Shown: piece after piece, positions 1-5,906 of the stretch | How the letters are laid out: every line of letters begins with the position of its first letter | Numbering within the stretch: position 1 is the stretch's first letter | Origin: Candidatus Micrarchaeia archaeon | Lineage (GTDB): Archaea; Micrarchaeota; Micrarchaeia; CAILAH01 | Length of the DNA: 10,237 nucleotides | Reading direction: 5' to 3' | Assembly (NCBI GenBank): GCA_049970015.1 | Contig: JBMFNT010000027.1 | Span: 1-10,237 of the forward strand | The notes under the pieces: model-generated | Seen by the model: the letters and a program-made list of their open reading frames with translations, nothing else | What the model was told of the DNA's origin: nothing | Database searches by the model: none | Translations under genes and position numbers: made by a program

Positions 1-40
1 CAGGAATCCCAAACTTCTTTGGTGCAGCTTTCTTAGGCAT
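1..40 (-). CDS. Possible 5' end of a gene running off the left edge (MPKKAAPKKFGIP...)
   Basis: ATG at 40, and the frame is open to position 1. The frame is also open upstream (LDPESQPESQPEGEVSPAPFFG) back to a TGA inside the sRNA guide. Too short to verify. Confidence 0.3.
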   Translation of the reverse strand, partial: MPKKAAPKKFGIP

Positions 41-55
41 CCCAAAGAAAGGTGC

Positions 56-71
56 GGGGGACACTTCCCCC
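56..71. other. GC-rich hairpin (6-bp stem, 4-nt loop) downstream of the sRNA; possible terminator or processing structure
   Basis: GGGGGA-CACT-TCCCCC perfect inverted repeat, followed on the minus strand by GCACCTTTCTTT. Confidence 0.4.
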
Positions 72-97
72 TCTGGTTGGCTTTCTGGTTGGCTTTC
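72..97. repeat. 12-bp tandem repeat, 2 copies plus a partial copy
   Basis: TCTGGTTGGCTT at 72-83 and 84-95, then TC. Confidence 0.8.
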
Positions 98-153
98 AGG
101 GTCAAGTCACTTCCTCATACCTTACGGTCAGGTAAGCTAAACTCATCATCAGC
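92..153 (-). ncRNA. Box C/D guide sRNA (2'-O-methylation guide)
   Basis: The minus strand reads GCUG-[C box AUGAUGA 149-143]-GUUUAGCUUAC-[D' CUGA 131-128]-CCGUAAGGU-[C' AUGAGGA 118-112]-AGUGACUUGACC-[D CUGA 99-96]-AAGC. All four boxes are in canonical order with 11- and 12-nt guides, a CC-GUAA-GG GNRA hairpin spacer, a GCU/AGC terminal stem and a length of about 62 nt. Confidence 0.88.
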
Positions 154-176
154 GCATGATAATAGGCATGAGATAG

Positions 177-191
177 AATAAAAAGTTTATT
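177..191 (-). promoter_or_regulatory. Putative BRE/TATA promoter of the C/D sRNA, in the divergent region shared with the pilus operon
   Basis: Minus strand AATAAAC-TTTTTATT; the TATA-like box at 184-177 lies 24-31 nt upstream of the predicted sRNA 5' end. Confidence 0.6.
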
Positions 192-195
192 GCAT

Positions 196-207
196 AATTA
201 GGTTTAT
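196..207 (+). repeat. Left copy of the 12-bp direct repeat AATTAGGTTTAT
   Basis: Identical to 3824-3835; the nearby GTTTATTGCA (185-194) also recurs at 3830-3839. Confidence 0.7.
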
Positions 208-1942
208 GGAAATAAGCATAACAACTAATATTGATGCAATTTGCAAATTACTGGAAGATAAAAAAGAGCTTGACATAGAAACACTTTCTTCAAAAACAAA
301 AATAAAGCCCGGCCTTCTTCTCAAGATATGCGAGCTGCTTGAGAATGCAGGAATTGTAGATGTGAAGAAGGGGATAGGTAAAGCAAGCGTTGAGTTAAGA
401 AAAACTGTAAAAGAAACACCAATACCTAGGTTTGAAGGTAGAGTTATTGACAAGTATGATATCGAGCTCCACAATGTGCCTGGATATGTAAGAATACTCG
501 ATATAAAAGAGGACCCCAGGCCCGTGTATGAGTTGAGGAGTGTAAGCCTAGGCCCATACACGCTTGAGTTTCTGGAATACTTACAAGAGGTAGTTGCGAG
601 GCGTGTTGTGCTTGAGCCTAGTGAGATAATAGACCAGAGGAAGGCAATGTTGTTGGAGGACAGGTTTTATAATACATGCATGAGGATAAGTGAGGAATCT
701 TTTCCTGGGTTGTCTGAGGAAGGAACACGTATTATTGCGGGAATTCTACTGCACAATGTCTATGGCCTTGGCAGGATAGAGCTGTTGATGCATGATGATG
801 CGCTTGAGGAAGTGGTTGTCAACGGATCATATGAGCCCATAGTGGTCTACCACAAGAAGTATGGCTGGCTCAAAACCAACATAGTGTTCAAGAGTGAGGA
901 TGAAATATACAACATTGCAACCCAGATCGGGAGAAAATCTGGGAAGGAGATCAATGTTATGAACCCTATAATGGATGCACACCTGCCAAATGGAAATAGG
1001 GTTAATGCAAGCCTATTTCCAATATCTGCATATGGGGACACTATTACGATACGAAGGTTTATGCGCGAACCGTGGACAATCGTAGACTTTATAAGTGGCA
1101 ATCTTAACACGCTATCAACAGATATGGCTGCATTCCTTTGGCAGGCAATACAATATGAAATGAACATGCTTGTGGTTGGCGGTACTGCTAGTGGTAAAAC
1201 AAGTACGCTCAACACCCTGTGCGCACTCATACCTCCTTCAAACAGGATTATAACAATTGAAGATACCAGAGAAATTAACCTGCCACAGTACCTGAAGTGC
1301 AACTGGGTTCCGCTCATAACACGTGCACCGAGCGCTGAGGGGAAAGGTGGGGTGGACATGCTCAGTCTTATGGTAGCCTCACTTAGGATGAGACCTGACC
1401 GGGTGATTGTTGGGGAAGTTAGAAGGAGGGAAGAGGCTGAGGTGCTGTTTGAGGCCATGCATACGGGCCATGCAGTTTATTCAACCATACATGCAGATAC
1501 CGGGGAGCAGGTTATGAGAAGGCTTACCAACCCACCGTTTGAGATACCTAACACTGAGCTTGAGTCGCTCCATCTCATAGTTGTTATGTATAGGGATAGG
1601 AGGACAGGAAAACGGAGAGTGTATGAGATTGATGAAGTTAACCTAGGTGTTGGTGGTGAGATAACACTTAACCGAGTGTACAGGTGGAGGGCAAGGACTG
1701 ACGAGTTTGAGAAGATAGGGGAAAGCACACGTGTGTTTGGGGAGCTAAGCCTACACGCTGGCATGAGCATAGATGAGATAATTGAGGATATAGAGAACAA
1801 GTCAAAGGTGCTTGAGTGGATGAAAAAGAATAATGTACGCTCTGTTGATAAGATAGGTAGTATAATGGCTGTATTTTACAAGAACCCTGATACTGTAATA
1901 AATGCTGCTGAAAAGGGTCTAAAGCCAGAAAATATATTATAG
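206..1942 (+). CDS. Type IV pilus / type II-IV secretion ATPase (archaeal PilB/TadA/CpaF/FlaI family) with an N-terminal winged-helix-like domain
   Basis: 578 aa; Walker A GGTASGKT, Asp box TIEDTRE, Walker B LRMRPDRVIVGEVR, His box HTGH..STIHA, plus the N-domain motifs EEVVVNG and TITIRRF. Confidence 0.95.
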   Translation: MEISITTNIDAICKLLEDKKELDIETLSSKTKIKPGLLLKICELLENAGIVDVKKGIGKASVELRKTVKETPIPRFEGRVIDKYDIELHNVPGYVRILDIKEDPRPVYELRSVSLGPYTLEFLEYLQEVVARRVVLEPSEIIDQRKAMLLEDRFYNTCMRISEESFPGLSEEGTRIIAGILLHNVYGLGRIELLMHDDALEEVVVNGSYEPIVVYHKKYGWLKTNIVFKSEDEIYNIATQIGRKSGKEINVMNPIMDAHLPNGNRVNASLFPISAYGDTITIRRFMREPWTIVDFISGNLNTLSTDMAAFLWQAIQYEMNMLVVGGTASGKTSTLNTLCALIPPSNRIITIEDTREINLPQYLKCNWVPLITRAPSAEGKGGVDMLSLMVASLRMRPDRVIVGEVRRREEAEVLFEAMHTGHAVYSTIHADTGEQVMRRLTNPPFEIPNTELESLHLIVVMYRDRRTGKRRVYEIDEVNLGVGGEITLNRVYRWRARTDEFEKIGESTRVFGELSLHAGMSIDEIIEDIENKSKVLEWMKKNNVRSVDKIGSIMAVFYKNPDTVINAAEKGLKPENIL

Positions 1943-1952
1943 TGGTGCTGGG

Positions 1953-2864
1953 ATGAACCTGAGAATGCCTTTGTTCATAGTCAAAGAGGCGGCCATTGAG
2001 ATTGCAAACATGCTGCCAACATTATCGGAGATGCTCAAGGATAGTTTACCATCCCTTAACAGGGACCTTGACCTGTTGGATGCTGATATAGATGCTGGTA
2101 GGTATATGATTGCTGCTACGATCAACTCGCTGCTTTGGGGGGTACTGTTTGGAGCCATGATATTTTTGCTAGCTTTCTCATTTGAAAAGAATATAGCTGA
2201 TTCCATACTTCCTGGAGTGGCAAGCGGAATTATTGTGTTTGGGATGTTCTTAGGTGTGTTTTTCGTCTACCCATCTATACTTCTAAAGAAGAATGCTGAA
2301 GAGATTGACTCACAGCTAACTTATGCACTTAATGATATGATTATGCAAGTAGCGGCAGGTATATCATTAACTGAAGCAATAAGGAAGGTTTCCTCTGGGA
2401 AATATGGTAAAGTATCAGAGGAGTTCAGGAAGGTTATTGAAAAAACGATAAGTGGAAACAGCCTTGAATATGCACTTATAGAGGTGGCACAAAGAAACAA
2501 GTCTGAGTTTATGCGACGGGTGCTGTGGCAGCTTGCAACCGTAACACATACCGGTGCAAGCCTGAAGACAGCACTTGATGAATTGCTAAAAGGCATACGT
2601 GCATACCAAAATAACCGGATACGTGAATATTCCCAAAAGCTTAATTTCTACATACTGTTGTACCTTATGGTTGCTGTAGTTCTTCCATCCCTGACAATAC
2701 TTCTGCTTACAACAATTTCAGTGTTTGTATCACGTGGCGGTACGGTGCACATTGGTCGCGTTGCACTCACGCTCGAGCAGATAATGATTATGATGACATT
2801 TGTTTACATTGCTGCCCAAGTAGCAATAGTTGAGTACATTAGAGTGAAAAGACCTCTCTTGTAA
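1953..2864 (+). CDS. Type II secretion system F-family membrane platform protein (TadB/TadC/PilC-like)
   Basis: 303 aa; two N-terminal TM segments, a T2SSF-like cytoplasmic domain (LTYALNDM..QVAAGISL.EAI...YGKVSEEF) and two C-terminal TM segments; directly follows the ATPase. Confidence 0.92.
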   Translation: MNLRMPLFIVKEAAIEIANMLPTLSEMLKDSLPSLNRDLDLLDADIDAGRYMIAATINSLLWGVLFGAMIFLLAFSFEKNIADSILPGVASGIIVFGMFLGVFFVYPSILLKKNAEEIDSQLTYALNDMIMQVAAGISLTEAIRKVSSGKYGKVSEEFRKVIEKTISGNSLEYALIEVAQRNKSEFMRRVLWQLATVTHTGASLKTALDELLKGIRAYQNNRIREYSQKLNFYILLYLMVAVVLPSLTILLLTTISVFVSRGGTVHIGRVALTLEQIMIMMTFVYIAAQVAIVEYIRVKRPLL

Positions 2865-3805
2865 TGGTTGTGTTACATATGGTGCTGAATATATCTGAAA
2901 AGCTTATGTATGCTGGAATAAGGATGGAACCGGAAGAATGGGTATTAAGGACATTTGTGTATACGCTCTCAACCGCACTTGTGATATCGGTCTTAGCATA
3001 CGTTACATACGGGCTAGCGATTGCTATACTGCTTGGCTTGCTCTCCATAATAGCTGTTGCCGTGGCGAGATACCTGCTGGTTGAAATAAGGATAGAAAAC
3101 AGAAGAAGAGAGGTTGAGAAAGTACTGCCTGACCTATTGAGAGGGATAGCTGCAAACATAGGTTCTGGCCTTACCCCCATTGTGGCGCTGAGGAGTGCTG
3201 CACGCCCTGAGTTTGGTGTCATATCAAAGGAACTACAGTATATAACCACGCGCTCGATGAGTACTGATTCAATGGATGAAATTGTATATGAGATCCAAAA
3301 AAGTATCCGTTCAGATCTGCTCAATAGGGTGCTCATGGTATTCACAAGCTCGCTCAGGTCAGGTGGAAACTTGATACGTGCGCTAGAAATGAGTGCAAAC
3401 GATATACAGAGGATATATGAATTGCATGATACACTTGTGGCACAAACAAGCATGTATACAACTTTCCTACTGTTTGGAATGATAATTACAATGCCATTCC
3501 TGCTTGCAGTAAGCATAAATGTGATGGAGCTTATGGGAAACATATCCTCTGCACACCAGCTCTCTTATGTTAGTGCATATATGGACATAGGATTTCCAAC
3601 AATAAGCGGGGAAACTACAACTATCATTTCGTTGATTGTGCTCATAGGCTCATCAGCAACGGCATCTATTGCGCTTAGTGTAATACGGACTGGAAGGAGG
3701 ATAGAGGGAATAAAGTACTTTCCATTGCTCCTTTTCTCATCAGTAATCGTTTTCTTCGTGTCAAAAGAGTTTATTGTACCGTTTATCACAGGTATACTTG
3801 GGTAA
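2864..3805 (+). CDS. Second T2SS F-family membrane platform protein (TadC-like)
   Basis: 313 aa; VEKVLPDLLRGIAANIGSGLTP..AL, EFGVISKEL and SGGNL..AL motifs with multiple TM segments; TAATG stop/start overlap with the previous gene. Confidence 0.92.
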   Translation: MVVLHMVLNISEKLMYAGIRMEPEEWVLRTFVYTLSTALVISVLAYVTYGLAIAILLGLLSIIAVAVARYLLVEIRIENRRREVEKVLPDLLRGIAANIGSGLTPIVALRSAARPEFGVISKELQYITTRSMSTDSMDEIVYEIQKSIRSDLLNRVLMVFTSSLRSGGNLIRALEMSANDIQRIYELHDTLVAQTSMYTTFLLFGMIITMPFLLAVSINVMELMGNISSAHQLSYVSAYMDIGFPTISGETTTIISLIVLIGSSATASIALSVIRTGRRIEGIKYFPLLLFSSVIVFFVSKEFIVPFITGILG

Positions 3806-3816
3806 AAAAATGAAAA
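3804..3816 (-). terminator. Putative oligo-T terminator for the TRAM gene
   Basis: Minus strand TTTTCATTTTTTT about 30 nt past the TRAM stop, in a convergent intergenic gap. Confidence 0.4.
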
Positions 3817-3823
3817 TGAATTG

Positions 3824-3835
3824 AATTAGGTTTAT
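3824..3835 (+). repeat. Right copy of the 12-bp direct repeat AATTAGGTTTAT
   Basis: Identical to 196-207. Confidence 0.7.
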
Positions 3836-3843
3836 TGCAAAAA

Positions 3844-4086
3844 TTATCCTGTTTTCTCAGCAATTGCAAACTTCCTTCCTATGAATGTTATGTTTGCCTT
3901 CACCTGCTTGCCAACATCAGATTGTGTTGCACCTTTCACGAATATAACATATCCTTCGATTTTTGCAACACCATCCCCCTTTTCTCCTATAGCCTCAACA
4001 TTGAGGGTAACGCTATCTCCAAGCTTTACTGGCTTGGGCGAGAACCTAATAGGTGGTCTCCTCTCTCTACCGCTTTCTTCCTCCAT
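3844..4086 (-). CDS. Stand-alone TRAM domain protein (archaeal RNA chaperone / cold-shock-like)
   Basis: PVKLGDSVTLNVEAIGEKGDGVAKIEGYVIFVKG...KFAIAE is the typical single-TRAM pattern. The start is moved from the track's TTG at 4110 to ATG 4086, which follows SD-like GGAAGTGA (80 aa). Confidence 0.92.
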   Translation of the reverse strand: MEEESGRERRPPIRFSPKPVKLGDSVTLNVEAIGEKGDGVAKIEGYVIFVKGATQSDVGKQVKANITFIGRKFAIAEKTG

Positions 4087-4157
4087 TACATTCACTTCCA
4101 TTCCTTTCAAAACTGGAACTGTGTATATAGGAGATCAAATGTTTAATAAATTATGTT

Positions 4158-4832
4158 TTAGTATAAGGATATTCTTTCCCAAGTTTCATAGCTCAGTAAC
4201 ACTGGAACGTTTAGATCTATCTTATTCAGCTCGTATGGCTTTTCCAGATAGTTCCTAGTAATACCTTCTACAAATTCTTCACGTACTAATTTGGCATGCT
4301 CAACTTCAAAAGAGTAGAGTGATCTGTCCTGTTTTATTACAATTCCCTCCATAAATGCATTAGTGTTATCTTTACCTACTGCATAAAATGAGGTAGTGAT
4401 AAGGGAAGGTATTGATCTTTCCCACCCATCTATATCTTTACCGAAATCTGGGCCGTATAGTTTTTTAACTACTGGGACAGGAAAGATGTGCACATTTTCT
4501 GGTATATCAATCTTATGTTTGCGGATCTTATCGAGCCACAGGCCAAGCTTAGACTCTGGGCTTAAAAACCTATCAGTACGCTTTTCATAAACATCAAAAA
4601 GGGCATACCTACAAGGTATATGGTATAAAAGTGAGTGTTTGAACCTAAGGTCCTCAACCCAAAGCACATAGTCTCTGGTCTCAATGAATGATTGTTTGCC
4701 ATCCATTTTTTCTTCCACTACAACATTACCTTCAAAAAGCCGTCTAACACTGTCTTCACTCATATACTTTTTATGGCCTATCCTTTTCCCTATAGGTATT
4801 CTGAGAGGCTTTGGGTAAGAATAAACATCCAT
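4158..4832 (-). CDS. ATP-dependent RNA-ligase-family protein (covalent nucleotidyltransferase domain only)
   Basis: 224 aa; motif I EEKMDG (K42), motif III E60 followed by KHSLLY, motif IIIa FDVY, motif IV EGIVIK, motif V AKLV; no room for a C-terminal OB domain. Confidence 0.85.
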   Translation of the reverse strand: MDVYSYPKPLRIPIGKRIGHKKYMSEDSVRRLFEGNVVVEEKMDGKQSFIETRDYVLWVEDLRFKHSLLYHIPCRYALFDVYEKRTDRFLSPESKLGLWLDKIRKHKIDIPENVHIFPVPVVKKLYGPDFGKDIDGWERSIPSLITTSFYAVGKDNTNAFMEGIVIKQDRSLYSFEVEHAKLVREEFVEGITRNYLEKPYELNKIDLNVPVLLSYETWERISLY

Positions 4833-4854
4833 AATCTGCTTGTTGTGAAAAATG

Positions 4855-4868
4855 TATATAAAGTTTTC
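4855..4868 (-). promoter_or_regulatory. BRE/TATA promoter of the ligase gene
   Basis: Minus strand GAAAAC-TTTATATA; the TATA box (4862-4855) begins 30 nt upstream of ATG 4832, implying a near-leaderless transcript. Confidence 0.7.
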
Positions 4869-4880
4869 CAGATGTGTGGT

Positions 4881-5444
4881 TTAGAAATTGGTTGCGACCG
4901 AAACATTACGAATGCCTTCTACCAAATGCAAAACGTCTGAATCATTGGAAAGGATCACTGCTGAGTCAAAGAGATCAATAACAGAACTAAGATGAGAGAT
5001 TATTGATGCCTCGCCTATACCAACACGCGCATTACCATTGGAATTCAACTTCAATATATTCGAGTAGCCTTGAATCTCTTTCTGAGTGCACTTGTGCTCC
5101 TCTATCAGGATGTTTTCATTCTCATATGGGAGGGAAAACAGCTCGTTAAGCTCAGCTAGCGCACGCCCCTTAACCTGCCTAAACTCGCTCTTTGATGCTA
5201 GATTGGATTTAAGCTCGTCAAGAACAGATTTCATAATGATCACTGTTGCCTTTGTTGAGAGGTATTTGATATCTTCAACAAGTGAACGTCTGCACTTTAC
5301 TATATCCAAAAGATAGCAGGTATCTAGATATATAACCTTTTTCTGCGCCCTCATTATACACTCTACCTTGGGCTTTGGGAATTCATTCTTCCTATTTGTA
5401 TTAGTAGTATTTGGTAATTGCTTTTGCATAATTAATTTACTCAT
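4881..5444 (-). CDS. PIN-domain ribonuclease (VapC-like fold); the real start may be ATG 5429
   Basis: Acidic PIN residues in order: VIYLDTC, SVLDEL, GIGEASII, VILSNDSDV. A TATA box at 5456-5449 fits a leaderless start at 5429 better than 5444. Confidence 0.8.
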   Translation of the reverse strand: MSKLIMQKQLPNTTNTNRKNEFPKPKVECIMRAQKKVIYLDTCYLLDIVKCRRSLVEDIKYLSTKATVIIMKSVLDELKSNLASKSEFRQVKGRALAELNELFSLPYENENILIEEHKCTQKEIQGYSNILKLNSNGNARVGIGEASIISHLSSVIDLFDSAVILSNDSDVLHLVEGIRNVSVATNF

Positions 5445-5447
5445 TAC

Positions 5448-5489
5448 TTATATAAATACATTTCTGTTAATATCACTCAGTCTTAAATG
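5448..5489. promoter_or_regulatory. Divergent promoter region between PIN and HIT
   Basis: Minus strand TTTATATA (5456-5449) begins 27 nt before ATG 5429; plus strand CTTAAATG (5482-5489) begins 29 nt before ATG 5511. Confidence 0.5.
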
Positions 5490-5510
5490 ATTAATTAAAG
5501 GTATGTAATC

Positions 5511-5906
5511 ATGAAATGTCCTTTTTGCAGGCCAGAACAGCCAGTGGTTGCAGAAAACAGGTATGTGTATGTGATTCATGACAAGAATCCATATGTGGAA
5601 GGGCACCTTCTTGTAATCCCAAAAAAGCACTATGAGAATATTATAGAAATGGATGACAGAGTGCTATGCGAAACAATAAAAATGGTTAAGAGAATGGAAA
5701 AGAGGCTCATTGAAAAAATGGGTGTTGAAGGCATAACTGTACGACAAAACTGGCTGCCTTTCTTAAAGAAGAATAGATTGGTTGTGGGGCATGTCCATTT
5801 TCACATTATCCCAAGAAACCTAAATGATGGATTATATTATGCTGCCAAAAGGAAAAGATATAATGCAAGCAAAATAAGGGATATAACCAAATTACTCAAA
5901 CTTTGA
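5511..5906 (+). CDS. HIT (histidine triad) family nucleotide hydrolase
   Basis: 131 aa; N-terminal CPFC, D..P...GHLLVIPKKH and the triad HVHFHIIPR. Confidence 0.93.
   Translation: MKCPFCRPEQPVVAENRYVYVIHDKNPYVEGHLLVIPKKHYENIIEMDDRVLCETIKMVKRMEKRLIEKMGVEGITVRQNWLPFLKKNRLVVGHVHFHIIPRNLNDGLYYAAKRKRYNASKIRDITKLLKL

Noticed and set aside
72..97. Tandem repeat as a CRISPR remnant
   Set aside because: Only two adjacent 12-bp units with no spacers and no cas genes.
60..125. GAGGAAG on the minus strand resembling the RNase P RNA P4 element
   Set aside because: It is better explained as the C' box plus guide, and the following sequence does not match the P4 consensus.
187..3789. Minus-strand ORFs 187-561, 847-1458, 1477-1800, 1937-2206, 2321-2596, 2839-3543 and 3565-3789
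   Set aside because: Ser/Ile/Leu-rich antisense shadows of well-supported plus-strand genes, with no motifs.
206..3805. Archaellum (flaI/flaJ) locus
   Set aside because: No flaH, flaF, flaG or archaellin genes, and there are two separate ~300-aa T2SSF genes rather than one FlaJ.
4158..4832. Replicative DNA ligase or mRNA capping enzyme
   Set aside because: No DNA-binding or OB domain and far too short; the motifs fit stand-alone RNA-ligase-type proteins better, though the substrate is unproven.
3835..5630. ORFs 3835-4146, 3881-4258, 4396-4590, 4692-4940, 5086-5316 (+) and 5448-5630 (-)
   Set aside because: Antisense to motif-bearing genes. 5448-5630 was considered as an antitoxin for the PIN gene, but it overlaps HIT and has no antitoxin-like features.
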